Shown here one piece after another: positions 1 through 11,237 of a stretch of 64,000 nt of DNA. Position 1 is the stretch's first letter; the number at the start of each line of letters is the position of its first letter. The DNA is from an uncultured bacterium (GTDB lineage Bacteria > Acidobacteriota > HRBIN11 > JAKEFK01), in assembly GCA_963777505.1 (NCBI GenBank), contig CAVZQN010000006.1, positions 256,001 to 320,000 on the forward strand, read 5' to 3'. Position numbers and translations under genes: made by a program. Below the pieces are notes generated by a model. It saw only the letters and a program-made list of their open reading frames with translations. It ran no database searches and was not told the DNA's origin.

Positions 1-367
1 TTAGTGCTTCATGTAATCGAGTTGCGGTTCAGGATGGTCATTCAGAATGCGTTTCAATCAAGCTTGCATCAAAAGCAACTTTTGAAGAAGTGAAATCAGG
101 CCTGGAATGAATTTTCTGCTGAACCTCAGCAATCTGAAACTTCCAACTGCACCTTTGCGTCCGATTTATTATTTTGATGAACCTAATTATCCGCAGCCGA
201 AACTTCATCGAAATCTGGATAAAGGAATGGCTGTCAGTATTGGACGGCTACGGAAGTGTCCTTTGTTAGATTACAAATTTGTTTTACTGTCACATAATAC
301 AATCCGTGGTGCAGCAGGGGGTGCAATTTTAAATGCAGAACTGGCACTTCAAAAGGGACTTCTCTAA
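1..367 (+). CDS. asd: Aspartate-semialdehyde dehydrogenase, C-terminal part (5'-truncated by window edge, two apparent indels near 95-135)
   Basis: The frame from nt 3 reads SASCNRVAVQDGHSECVS; ORF 107-367 ends PQPKLHRN...GRLR...SHNTIRGAAGGAILNAE, all typical Asd motifs. Confidence 0.9.
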
Positions 368-393
368 ATCAAGACCTAAAAACGGGAGATCAA

Positions 394-1258
394 ATGCGAA
401 AAGTTCTTTTCTTAGTTCTATCACTCTTGCCTTTTTTGCTTAGCAGGCTGTTTTGAATCAAAAGAAGAATATGTGTTGAATCCGGATGGCTCTGGAAAAG
501 TAATCATCGTTGGTTCATTTGAAACCGGAATGCCAGGAGCGCCTCCAAGTACTGACCCAAAAGATGCTTCCAAGACAGGTGAAGGAGCTGCTGGAAAAAT
601 CGAAGGGAATCGATGCATGGACAAATGTGACCTACGAACAAACCAAAGAAGGACGCATCGCGTTTAAAGGTACAGCTTACTTTCCGAAAATTTCCAGTTT
701 GGATTTAGAAACTTTTGGTAAGGAGGCCACATTCACAAAAGAAGGAAATAGTTTAATGCTGCAAATTGAAGATAGGGAGGACGGTGACGAACCTCCTACA
801 AAGCCGACCCAGGCTGAAATTAAGAGCTCAGATCGAGCAGTGCAAAACAAGAGTGGAAGCAAATGAAAGCGATGATGGGTCCAATTCTTGAAAAAATAAA
901 ACAGGAATTAATTTACAAACTGCCATCGGCTGTGGAGTCTTCGACGAACATGAAAAAAATCGACGCAACAACAGTTAGCGTTCAAATGGATGGAGCTAAG
1001 TTGATTGCTGCGATGGATTCAATGATGGGTGATGATGCATGGCTCAAAAAACAAGCAGAAGAAGGAAGATTCGCACCAGGCGGAAGCGGTCCTGCAATGG
1101 ATGAGGAAGTGAATGCAAGAATGTTTGGAGAACGAGGACCGATTATGGTCAAAATTTCAGCAGCAGCGAAGCCACAATTTGATTACAAAAAAGAAGTGGA
1201 TGCCGCGAAAGCTGGCTACGCAAAATTTCTGGAAAAACTCACAAGCGATTCACAATAA
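394..1258 (+). CDS. Putative lipoprotein of unknown function, split by about 3 apparent indels
   Basis: ATG at 394, signal peptide and a lipobox LAGC after frame correction, then FESKEEYVLNPDGSGK; ORFs 473-667, 510-866 and 863-1258 tile into one product. Confidence 0.6.
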
Positions 1259-1371
1259 GTAATTTCGTTCGATTAAAGTACCCGTTTGTTCGTAAAAAAT
1301 AGACTTTCATGTCGAACAAACTTTATTCTTCTACTTCAATGCAATAATTGTAAAAGCTTTTGGTGTCCTGC

Positions 1372-2658
1372 ATGAGAAAGTTTTGTTTATTGATTCTGCT
1401 TTTTTCAGTAACTCTTTTTGCGACACCACTTCCTGTAAAAAGAACTATTTTTGCAGCCAGACAATCGGTCCAATTTAAAGTTCATCCAGACTTTTCAATG
1501 AATACCAGAACAAATCAGGCTCTTGCCGTTTGGGAGCGTCACCCTGGCAATCATCCCGGCCATAGCACATGGGGGCGTCTGATTAGTCGCCCAGGGAAAT
1601 GCAGTAGGTTCAGAATTTCAAATTGTGTCAGGCCCAAATACCTACTACCCTTCAGCAGATTACAATTCTGCGTTAAATGAATTTGGCCTGACATTTTCAA
1701 ACGAGCCACGAGCTCATTTCGTTGTTTACGTTCAAAGACTCAAAGCGAATGGACGTCCCATTGGAACGCCAATACAGGTATCAACTGATGATCCAGGATC
1801 CGCCTTTATCAATGATTTTCCTAATATTGTTTTTAATAGCGGAACAGGGAACTATACAGTCTTCTGGCTTCGCAATGGTTCGGAAGCAGGACTGTATGGA
1901 GCCGTCTTGCGTGGCGATTTAAGTTTTGTAAACCGGGGCATTTTTATTCGAAGAACTGAAGATGCAGAAAGTCTTCCACGTGCACCGATCATTTTAGATC
2001 TCGCTTATCATCCACTGACAGGTAAGATTGTGATTTTGTTTTTTCAATATCGTCCGGGATTTGGAACGACTTCAACCCCGGATTTAGATTATTTTCTTGG
2101 TGTGTTTAACCAGGATCTTTCCGGAATTCAGCCTTCAAATTTTCAAAAAATAAATCCGAAACGTTGTCAAAGGAAATGGTATCGGGCAGATCGATTTTTT
2201 ACCAGATGGAACAGGGATCGTTGCGTATGGAGATTCTTCTAATATCAAACTTCGAAAAATTTCGCCCGCGTTGAAATTAATTGGCCCTGCTTATCCCGCT
2301 TTTAAATCTCCATTAACAAACCAGAAGTTATTTCATCCCGTGATTACCTTCTCAAATGGTGCTTCAGGAATTCAGGGAATCATCCTCGCCGCGCAAGATC
2401 CACTTAACAATGAAGGGAATGGAACGATTTGGGCTCAGATGTTAAATGCACAAGGCCGGCCTTTGGGATCCCCTTTTTCGATCGAAAAAGAATTTTGATC
2501 GAATGGGTGGACAAGATTTGATTCCATTACGGTTAAGTCCAACATCGACCACTTATCGTTTTGTGTCAGTTTACGTGCAAGGTGTGCAGCAAAATCTTCC
2601 GCCAGCTCAGAATGAATCCTCAGGTTTGGTTCTTTTGAACTTCGGTTTTACAAACTGA
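1372..2658 (+). CDS. Secreted hypothetical protein, split by apparent indels
   Basis: Signal peptide MRKFCLLILLFSVTLFA; ORFs 1360-1680, 1625-2242, 2271-2498 and 2446-2658 tile and share repeated motifs (VQRLKANGRPIG / AQMLNAQGRPLG). Confidence 0.6.
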
Positions 2659-2821
2659 TTCCTGGGCGTCTTTGCGGTAAATCTTTTCGGATAGACCAGC
2701 ACAATCGCTTAGCTCAACGACGTTGCCACTTCTGATTGTGAAAAGCTTCACTCTCGTCGAGAAATCCTTACGACACCGTTACTGGCATGATCGATTGCTC
2801 AGCCCTGGCTGAGGCAACTTT

Positions 2822-3028
2822 ATGACAAGAACCACCGAAAATGATAAAGACGTCCGGGAGGACACTATGAGTAATCGTCGAACATTGCGTAAAGCGATCG
2901 CTGATGTTTTGAAGCAGGCTTCTGTATCTGAAACAAAAAAGCAAAATGAGGCGTTAGAACAGGACCATACAGGTTCTGAACGCACTTCAAAAGTTGCGCG
3001 GCCTCTTCGTTACGACCGCGGAGAATGA
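2822..3028 (+). CDS. Small hydrophilic hypothetical protein
   Basis: 68-aa ORF with GAGG upstream; alternative ATG at 2867 after GGAGG; no recognisable domain. Confidence 0.35.
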   Translation: MTRTTENDKDVREDTMSNRRTLRKAIADVLKQASVSETKKQNEALEQDHTGSERTSKVARPLRYDRGE

Positions 3029-3119
3029 CAGTGAAAATGTTACTCGGCATTTCAGGACTCTGTATCTCGATTGAAACTCTGCAGTAACTTTTGTATTGCT
3101 AATCCAGCCCTTTAATCCT

Positions 3120-3175
3120 CTCCCCTTGACAATCTACAGGAGCGAGATTATTCTTCTGTAGAACGTCTAGGGGAG
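3120..3175 (+). promoter_or_regulatory. Sigma70 promoter with flanking inverted-repeat operator (putative PadR autorepression site)
   Basis: TTGACA 3126-3131, 17 bp, TATTCT 3149-3154; arms 3120-3142 and 3153-3175 are inverted copies with 4 mismatches in 23. Confidence 0.7.
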
Positions 3176-3178
3176 TCA

Positions 3179-3514
3179 ATGAGTGAAACAAAAACTGAAT
3201 TGCTGCAAGGCACATTAGACATGTTGATTCTGAAAACTATTGCCCTGGAGCCGATGCATGGCTATGGGATAGCGGTAAGGATTCAGCAAATCTCAAAGGA
3301 AGTTCTTCGCGTGAATCAGGGTTCGCTTTATCCCGCGTTACGTCGTCTCGAAAAGCGGGCATTGATTGAAGCGGAATGGGGTGAATCAGAAAATAATCGC
3401 CGCGCAAGATTTTACAAGCTGACGAAAGCGGGACGCAAACATCTTTCCCAGGAGACGCAAGAATGGGAAAAGCTTGTGGAAGCTGTTTCTCGAATTTTGC
3501 AGACACAAAGCTAG
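3179..3514 (+). CDS. PadR-family transcriptional regulator (acidobacterial type)
   Basis: [13 protein letters not shown]...PMHGYGIA...[11 protein letters not shown]...[16 protein letters not shown]. Confidence 0.95.
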   Translation: MSETKTELLQGTLDMLILKTIALEPMHGYGIAVRIQQISKEVLRVNQGSLYPALRRLEKRALIEAEWGESENNRRARFYKLTKAGRKHLSQETQEWEKLVEAVSRILQTQS

Positions 3515-3520
3515 TACGCT

Positions 3521-6190
3521 ATGCAATTACTTTCTCGCCTCAAACAATATTGGAACGATTTATTTTCGCGAAAGCGCAATGAAGCGGAATTAGATGAGGA
3601 ATTTGCCTTCCATCTTGAGATGCAAGAAAAAGAAAATCTTCGCGCAGGAATGTCATCCGAAAGTGCATCACGCGCGGCCTTGATCGAATTTGGTGGAGTT
3701 GAGCAAATCAAGGAAGAAGTTCGTGGTCAGCGTCTGGGGTTTTGGTTAGAAACAATTTTTAAAGATGGAGTCTTCGGAGTTCGAATGCTACGCAAGACTC
3801 CCGCTTTGACGTTTGTTTCTTTAATTACATTGTCTCTTGCAATTGGTGCCTGTACGGCTCTATTCAGCATTTATAACGCAATCCTGTTGCGCCCTTTGCC
3901 GTATCCGGAGCCGCAAGAGTTGGTGCAGATCTGGGATACAAACAAATCAAAAGGCATTACAAAAATTGGTATAAGCGCTGGAAACGTTGAAGATTGGAAA
4001 GAACGTTCACGAGGCTTGAATGGAATTGCTGCCTACTACACGATGGGCCGCACTCTAACAGATGCGAATCAATCTGAAGTCGTTTTGACAACTCAAGTCA
4101 GCGCAGATTTCTTTCGCGTTTTTCGCACGGATCCATTTTTAGGCCGTACATTTTCGGAAAAGGAATCACAGGAAGCCAAATACAATAACGCGCTTGGCGC
4201 AATGAATTCTGATCCGGTTGTTGTGTTAAGCCACAGTTTATGGCAGCGACGCTTCGGAAGTGACCCTCAAATTCTTGGCAAAAATATCGTTCTTGATCGC
4301 CGAATGTGGAAAGTCATCGGTGTGATGCCGGAACATTTTGCAATGCCACAACCCGGAATTCAGTTATGGATCCCATGGGGGCTGCGTCATGATTTAGCTC
4401 GCGATCAGCATTACGCAGGCGGAGTTGCTCGTTTAGCTTCTGGAATGACTCTTTCCCAGGCGGAAGATCAAATGAATCGCATCGCACAACAGCTTGCATC
4501 TGAATTTCCTGAATCGAATTCTGGATGGGGTGTTCGACTGATTCCATTACATGAGTCGATGATTGGCGATGTGAAGCAAACATTGTGGGTGTTGATGTCG
4601 GCAGTCGGTCTGGTGATGTTAATTGCATGCGTTAATGTTGCGATTTTGCAGCTTAGCAGAGCAAGTGCTCGCATTCATGAAAGCTCAGTAAGGCTTGCGC
4701 TTGGCGCATCGCGCGGACGTTTAATCCGACAATTCATGATCGAAAGTTTGATTCTTGCAATTGCAGGCGGACTCCTGGGACTTACGATTGCGTATGTCTG
4801 CATCGATTGGCTTCAGAAAATTCAGCCGAGTCTTCCAAGACTTTCAGAGGCCTCAATCGATGGTTCTGTTCTTTTCATTTCTTTTGCAATTACAACTCTC
4901 GCAGCACTGTTGTTTGGCCTGGTGCCAGCTTTTGTTGGTGCCGGAAATAAGAAACAGCAAGTCATTCAGGCTGATGGATTGCGTTCTACATCGCGGGCTT
5001 CTACGCAGCGTTTGCGCAGCATTCTTGTTGCGATTGAAGTCGCACTTGCAGTGGTTTTACTTGCATCATCCGGAATGTTGATCCGCAGTTTTATTCGATT
5101 GCAGGCTGTTGATCCAGGATTTAATCCCAACAATGTTCTTGTAGTTCCAATTTTTCTGGACATGGAAAAATATGGTTCGGGTGAAAAATCTCGCGGATAT
5201 TACAAGCGTTTGATCGCTGATCTGCAAGCGTTGCCTGGAGTGACTTCGGTTGGTGGAGCTACTGCGCTGCCTGCGAGTCCGCTTGGGCCGGACTTTGAAC
5301 GTCCAGTGTGGAGTCATGAGAGTCTGCCAGTAGAACAAAATAAGAAAAGTGCAGATGTCAGAATGGTAACCACAGATTATTTCCGCACATTACAAATTCC
5401 CATCGTGAAAGGTCGCCCTTTTTCAACGCTTGATGGTCCTGAGGCGCCATCGGTTGTGGTCATCAATGAATCTCTTGCGCGCCAAATCTGGCCTGGTGGT
5501 GATGCGATCGGCAGGAAAATCGTCGTTGATTATAGCTCCGCAGGCACGTATCCATACGAAGTTGTCGGAATCGTAAATGATGTTCGTTTTTACGGATTAC
5601 GGAGTCAGCCGCGACCTGAAATTTATTTCCATCATCCTCAACGTCCCTATCTGATTTTGAACATCGCAGTTCGTACAAAAAATGATCCACGTTTATTGAT
5701 CGGACCAGTTCGCAAAGTCCTTCAAATGATTGATCCTCAAAAGCCGCCGCACAACATCACGCCATTGGAGGATCTGGTGGATGCGACTGTTGTGCGCGAT
5801 CGATATGCAATGATGCTTGTATCAAGTTTTGCAATCGTTGCATTAATGCTTGCGTTGCTTGGAATTTATGGAGTGCTTGCATTTTATGTGCGTCAAAGGA
5901 TTCAGGAAATAGGAATTCGATTAGCACTCGGCGCAAGTCAAAACCAGATTGTGAGTTGGATAGCATTGCAAAGTGCGCGCTTGATTCTTTTTGGAGTTGC
6001 TGCAGGACTGTTTGCAGCAATCTTGTTTACGCGATTGCTAACCGGAATGTTGTACGAAGTCAGCCCTTTTGATGTTTCATCGCTTGTTGCTGCCGCTTTC
6101 GCATTAATCGTCGCAGCATTTGCAGCAACATGGATCCCCGCCCGCCGTGCATCCCGAATCGATCCTTCCATTGCCCTGCGATACGAATAA
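3521..6190 (+). CDS. Duplicated MacB/FtsX-type orphan ABC permease (ADOP family) with N-terminal prefix domain
   Basis: ELDEEFAFHLEM prefix, two MacB_PCD+FtsX halves, EIGIRLALGA, C-terminal ARRASRIDPSIALRYE; follows padR. Confidence 0.92.
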   Translation: MQLLSRLKQYWNDLFSRKRNEAELDEEFAFHLEMQEKENLRAGMSSESASRAALIEFGGVEQIKEEVRGQRLGFWLETIFKDGVFGVRMLRKTPALTFVSLITLSLAIGACTALFSIYNAILLRPLPYPEPQELVQIWDTNKSKGITKIGISAGNVEDWKERSRGLNGIAAYYTMGRTLTDANQSEVVLTTQVSADFFRVFRTDPFLGRTFSEKESQEAKYNNALGAMNSDPVVVLSHSLWQRRFGSDPQILGKNIVLDRRMWKVIGVMPEHFAMPQPGIQLWIPWGLRHDLARDQHYAGGVARLASGMTLSQAEDQMNRIAQQLASEFPESNSGWGVRLIPLHESMIGDVKQTLWVLMSAVGLVMLIACVNVAILQLSRASARIHESSVRLALGASRGRLIRQFMIESLILAIAGGLLGLTIAYVCIDWLQKIQPSLPRLSEASIDGSVLFISFAITTLAALLFGLVPAFVGAGNKKQQVIQADGLRSTSRASTQRLRSILVAIEVALAVVLLASSGMLIRSFIRLQAVDPGFNPNNVLVVPIFLDMEKYGSGEKSRGYYKRLIADLQALPGVTSVGGATALPASPLGPDFERPVWSHESLPVEQNKKSADVRMVTTDYFRTLQIPIVKGRPFSTLDGPEAPSVVVINESLARQIWPGGDAIGRKIVVDYSSAGTYPYEVVGIVNDVRFYGLRSQPRPEIYFHHPQRPYLILNIAVRTKNDPRLLIGPVRKVLQMIDPQKPPHNITPLEDLVDATVVRDRYAMMLVSSFAIVALMLALLGIYGVLAFYVRQRIQEIGIRLALGASQNQIVSWIALQSARLILFGVAAGLFAAILFTRLLTGMLYEVSPFDVSSLVAAAFALIVAAFAATWIPARRASRIDPSIALRYE

Positions 6191-6239
6191 AATTAACCAC
6201 AAAGACACAAATATAATTGTCGTGTTATGTGGTGATTTA

Positions 6240-8554
6240 ATGCGATATAGCGCCGGAATTTTTTGTATAGCTGCCTCGACGTTATTGCTTGAGGTCACTT
6301 TGTCCCGCATTTTTTCCGTTTTGTTCTTTCATCATTTTGCATTCTTAATCATCAGTACCGCATTGTTCGGATTCGGATTCAGTGGAGTTTATTTATTCTT
6401 TCGAAAACCCTCACCTAAGAAACTCAATTTCCATCTCGCACTTTCATCGTTGTTGTTTGCTTTGAGTACACTCATTGTTTACCGGATCATCCTGTATGTT
6501 CCAGGTGGAACCAGCGCAGTCTTGCAACAGCCTGAACAGATAATACGGTTGTTGGCACACTATGCTCTGCTCGCAATTCCCTTTTATTTTTCCGGATATG
6601 TTGTCGGGTCAATATTGAGTTCATTTCCACAAGAATCAGGGAAGCTGTATGGATTTGATTTGATTGGAGCTTCTCTAGGAAGTCTTTCCGTTCTGTGGCT
6701 TGTGCCAGCAGCTGGCGGATCGGGTGCAGTGGTTATAGGGTCACTGATTGCTGGACTTGCTGCCTTAATTTTTTCATATAAGCATAAGATTCTCTTCTCA
6801 TTTTCTTTAGTTTTTGTTGCTGCTGGAATATTTGTTCTCTTGCAAGTGGAAAAAATTTTCCCATTTCCAATTCAACGGATCGTAGAAAGCAAATATGGCG
6901 GACGTCACGCGAGAGCTGAAATACCAGAATATTCTTCATGGAGTCCCGTTTCACGAATTGATGTTTATCCAGCAACGGGCCGCAACAAAATCATGTTGTT
7001 AGATGGCGGATCGAATGTCTCGTTTCTGGTGCCTTTTGATGGCAAAGAACTTCAGCCGCGTTACAACTTTAGGGTCGTTCCATTTGCAATCGATCATCGT
7101 TCCAGTGCTTGCATTATCGGTCCTGGAGGCGGTGAAGATGTTCTAAACGCGCTGTCATACAAAGTTGAATCCATTGACGCTGTTGAAATGGATCCTCTAA
7201 TCGTTGATCTCGTTCAAGGTCATTATCGTGAGTTCATCGGAGGCATCTTTAATTATCCTGGCGTCAGGACAGTCAATGATGAAGGAAGAAGTTATCTTGC
7301 GAAGATCCGGACGGCAATTCGATCTTATTCAGCAGGTACATAACATCTCTCCCATGGCTCTTGCATCGGGAGCGCTAAATTTATCGGAAAGTTATCTTCT
7401 TACAAAAGAAGCCTTCCACGAATACTGGGATCATCTAAAACCTGACGGCATGCTGGCAATTAACCGCTGGGGTGTTGTACGTGCTGCTTCAACTGTTTCT
7501 GTTGTTTTGCAAGAAGAAGGAATTCAAGATCCGGAAAATTATGTCGTTGTAACTTCCCGGAAGAAAAGTGGGGCCGACACGAGTTTTTATTTGAAGAAAG
7601 GAAAACTCAGCAATGAGGATTTGAACGCATTAATAAAATCTCTAGATAATTCTTGGTCTACAAATTGACTATGCTCCTTTGCCAAGGTGGCAGAAAAAAC
7701 AAAATGTTTACTATCGTTTGCTGGCCATTAACAGCCGCGATGAATTCATACGTCAATCAGATCTAGATTTATCGCCTCCCACAGATGACCGTCCGTTCTT
7801 TGATCATTTTCAAAGGTTCGGCAGCTTTCAGAAAAGCACTTCCATACTTCCCAATGAGCTGAATCGTGCTCTTCAGTTTGTAAACATCGGTGATCTTGCG
7901 CTGGTGACTTTGTTGGGAGAGGCTGCTGTCCTTTCATTTCTATTTATTCTTGTTCCTGTTATCCGTTTTGGAAAACGTCCCGCCGCGATTTCTCGCTGGA
8001 GCGTACTTGCATACTTTTTGGCGCTGGGATTCGGTTTCATCCTGATTGAGATCTCGTTGATTCAAAAACACATTTTGTTTTTAGGACAGCCTGTATATTC
8101 AATTACTTCGGTTTTGTGTTCGATCCTCCTTTCTGCGGGCATAGGAAGTTATCTATTTCAACGGATTTTTCGTGAGGGATCTGAATCGCGATGGCTCACA
8201 ATGCTGCCAATTGCTCTTGGCCTTCTATTGACGTTTGAACTTGTATTAATGCCCATTGTGTTTCGAACGTTTTTAGGAGCAGAAAAAGTGTTGCGATTTT
8301 GCATTTCGGGATTGCTAGTTGCTCCGATGGGACTCATCCTTGGAATACCGTTTCCGCTGGGTATCCGAATTCTTGGAAATAAAGCGCCTGAAGCAATCCC
8401 ATGGGGCTGGGCACTCAACGCATATGCTACTGTAATCGGGTCGATTCTATCTGTAATTCTTGCGATTACATTTGGATTCCGGATGAATTTTATTCTTGCG
8501 TTCGTTGTTTACGGAATTGGATTTCTTACGTTCCGTGTTTCAGTAAAGAAATAA
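6240..8554 (+). CDS. Membrane-embedded spermidine-synthase-like / SAM-binding protein, split by two apparent indels
   Basis: LLEVTLSRIFS N-terminal TM block, LYGFDLIGA, IIGPGGGEDV...AVEMDP...DEGRSYL, SESYLLT, PPTDDRPFF, WGWALNAYATV; ORFs 6120-7343, 7204-7668 and 7679-8554 tile. Confidence 0.8.
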
Positions 8555-8589
8555 ATTCTTAGTTAAATTGAGGTTCTGTGTGCTCAAAT

Positions 8590-9901
8590 TCAATTGAGAA
8601 GCCGCATAATTTCACGGAATCCTTTTTCAACTGCATAGTCCATTGCGGTTTTTCCCTCAGAATTGATTGGTTTTTTGTCGGCACCCGCACGAATGAGCAT
8701 TTCTGAAATCAATTGATCTCCGTTTTTAGCCGCCTGTATGAGCGCTGTATTTCCGCAATTATCAACGATGTTAAGATCTGCACCTGCTTCGATGAGCTCC
8801 ATGGCAATTCTTTGATGTTTGTTTGATATTGCCGACATCAAAGCTGTGTTTCCTCCGTGATCTCTTCGATCCAGGTCAGCTCCAGCATTAATTAATTGTT
8901 TGACAACCAGCTCAAAATCACCTGGTGTTGCGCCAATGATCTCCAGAGCTTCGTCAGGATAATCTGTTGCAGCAATTAATGGAGTTTGCTCATAGACAGA
9001 TCCCTCATTTATATCGGCTCCTCTTTGTATCATCAGACGGACAACCGATGATTTTCCAATCGATGCAGCACTGTATATCGGTAGGCCATGCAAAATCATT
9101 TTTGGATGTTTATCCAAAATCAATTCAAGTAGTTCCAAGTTACCAAGGCCGACCGCATGACCCCATGACTGTTCACCGTCATCGGTGAAAAATTCAGGAT
9201 TAGCACCTTGTTTAACAAATTGGATGGCTCTAGCACTCTGTTTCTTTTGCAAAGCATCATATAAGTCATAATCAATCTTGTTGAAGCCGTACACGATGTT
9301 GCGAAGATCATGAACGATCCGTAAAATATCTTCATCGCCTTCGGTGCAACCAAGAACGAAATCAGTCTTCCTTGACTCCATTTGCAAAGAAACTTCATAC
9401 CCTGTGCCGTCAAGACAAATTAAGTCTCTTGGTTGGGGAGGCAGCTCAAAGTCCCAAATAAATCGAATCTTACTTTCGAGGCTGTTACTTGGCGGTAAAG
9501 AGATCTGCCACCGCTTGACCTTCAACATACCAATGGCGCTATTCAACTCAAGGTTAGGGTATGTTTCCTTCAATTTCCTCTAACTGACTCGAAATCTTTC
9601 CATGAGTTGGTGCGACAGCAAACACCTTCACGGTACGATCAGGATTTCTAATAAACGTAAATTGCAATTCATCAAAAAACGATGGAGTGATCCTTACACT
9701 TAATATCCACTGTTTATTTTGCGCTGATTGAGCGTCTAACAATGGCATGACAGCATCCAATGCTATGTCATAGTTTTGTCCGGCCCAGTTCAGAGGAACA
9801 TCGAAGTAAGGCGGGCATTTTTGAAAATGAGGTGTTGAAGGTGAGGCCAGTCTTGCAGTGCTGATCATTAACAGCAAAACGACGATTACTATCTTGCTCA
9901 T
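8590..9901 (-). CDS. Secreted ankyrin-repeat protein, one apparent indel near 9560
   Basis: Signal peptide MSKIVIVVLLLMISTA from ATG at 9901; ankyrin repeats GADIN...TPLIAA, GADLDRRDHGGNTALMSA, GADLNIVDNCGNTALIQA. Confidence 0.8.
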
Positions 9902-9941
9902 TCGAGAAATTATCTTATAACTTTGCGTCTCTGCGGTTAAA

Positions 9942-10023
9942 TGCGAAAGGGGAGACTCGAACTCCCACCCCTTACGGGACTGGATCCTAAGTCCAGCGCG
10001 TCTGCCAATTCCGCCACTTTCGC
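9942..10023 (-). tRNA. tRNA-Leu(TAG)
   Basis: GCGAAAGTGGCGGAATTGGCAGACGCGCTGGACTTAGGATCCAG...GGGAGTTCGAGTCTCCCCTTTCGCA; long variable arm; CCA not encoded. Confidence 0.96.
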
Positions 10024-10131
10024 GAGTGAATAATCTTAAACCACTAAGACGCAAAGAGTAAGCACCAAAAGAAAAACCGCAGAGAAGGCTGAACTCATAG
10101 AATGAATTTTCTGCGTTCTCTGCGGTTGAGC

Positions 10132-10661
10132 TTAACGACGCCGGATGCCACCTCTGTAGCCGCTGCCACCTCTGTAGCCGCTGCCACCTCTGTAGCCGCT
10201 GCCACCTCTGTAGCCGCTGCCACCTCTGTAGCCGCTGCTACCTCTGCCGTGTTTCCGCTGTATCCTCTGTATCCAGAATGTTGTTTCTGAATCGGCCGGT
10301 TGTAGCGACTTCCGTAATATCCGTTTCGATACCCGTGACCATAGTTTCTGTAGCCATGGTTTCGATAACCATAACCATAGTTTCGATAGCCATAACCGTA
10401 GTTACTATAACCATAGTACGGTCGGTAGTAACCATACGGATTATATCCATATCCATACCCATATCCGTAATAAGGCGGATAATAGTTATAGTACGGAGCG
10501 TAATAGCCTGGAGAGCCATAAGAAAATCCGAAACCAAAGGATGGGTAATACCCGCCGCAATAGCCCGAATTGTATCCGTAGTAACCTGAAGCAGACGAAG
10601 ACTCAACGGAGCACAACAAAATAGCTGCAACAAAAAAGGCAGCAACTCCGAACTTCTTCAT
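10132..10661 (-). CDS. Secreted Gly/Tyr-rich low-complexity protein with a YRGGSG-repeat tail (one apparent indel near 10250)
   Basis: AGGAGGT SD 6 nt before ATG 10661, signal peptide, GY-rich body; the shifted frame gives YRGGSG repeats ending IRRR-TAA at 10132-10134. Confidence 0.65.
10146..10246. repeat. 18-bp tandem repeat GCCGCTGCCACCTCTGTA, about 5.5 units (coding)
   Basis: Directly visible tandem array inside the Gly/Tyr-rich gene. Confidence 0.9.
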
Positions 10662-10824
10662 ACTCACACCTCCTGGTTCATATTATAGATCTCAAACCGC
10701 AGGTATTCCCAATGTTTCACCACCGGACACGAGGAATCCCGAAAATGAACGTGTCGGGGCGAATCCTCCCAAGCTCATCCTCGACAAAACTGTTGGCAAA
10801 TCTCTTGCTATAGAGTCGTTTGTT

Positions 10825-11106
10825 ATGAGAGACAAAATGGTATTAATTACTGCACTGCTCCTGGCGATGATGCTTTTTGCACTGCAGAACTTCTTAAAAC
10901 AGAACCTATTGTCTCCTTCCAACTTGGAAACAGTAGGAAAGTTCCAGCGGATGTTCCAGGTCAGCGGAATTGTTAGCCCTTTTGAATTTGTACCTCAAGT
11001 TCATCCGATCGCAAATAAGAAGAATCCTGCACGAAAAAATCCAGTTGTTGCGTGTCCAAAGCATCGTGAAGTTTTGCCTTGCGCTAGCATGCGAACCGCT
11101 ACCTAA
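10825..11106 (+). CDS. Possible small exported hypothetical protein
   Basis: 93-aa ORF with hydrophobic N-terminus; no recognisable domain. Confidence 0.3.
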   Translation: MRDKMVLITALLLAMMLFALQNFLKQNLLSPSNLETVGKFQRMFQVSGIVSPFEFVPQVHPIANKKNPARKNPVVACPKHREVLPCASMRTAT

Positions 11107-11108
11107 AT

Positions 11109-11126
11109 TTTTGCAAGTTTGCAAAA
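11109..11126. promoter_or_regulatory. Palindrome TTTTGCAA-GT-TTGCAAAA, candidate enhancer-binding-protein site
   Basis: Perfect 8-bp arms about 65 bp upstream of a sigma54 -24 element. Confidence 0.45.
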
Positions 11127-11188
11127 TAAATTTACTATTCAGCAAAATCGCCCCCTGATTTTTCTACCGTACCGTCGTGCCGCCAGAT

Positions 11189-11204
11189 TGGCATAACGGT
11201 TGCT
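11189..11204 (+). promoter_or_regulatory. Sigma54 (-24/-12) promoter
   Basis: TGGCAT-AACGG-TTGCT with exact GG-N10-GC spacing, upstream of AGGAGG and ATG 11238. Confidence 0.75.
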
Positions 11205-11237
11205 ATCTCCATTCACGAAATCAAACAGGAGGAAACA

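Noticed and set aside
9902-10054. 5' extension of ORF 9554-10054, and likewise ORFs 18060-18347 and the 5' part of 40031-40396
   Set aside because: These frames run through tRNA genes and are spurious
10146-10246. Regular repeat array as a possible CRISPR
   Set aside because: 18-bp head-to-tail units with no spacers, inside a coding region; no cas genes in the window
10095-10290. ORF-track peptides with AAATEV or AAATSV repeats
   Set aside because: Most likely off-frame or antisense readings of the YRGGSG repeat, whose composition matches the rest of the protein
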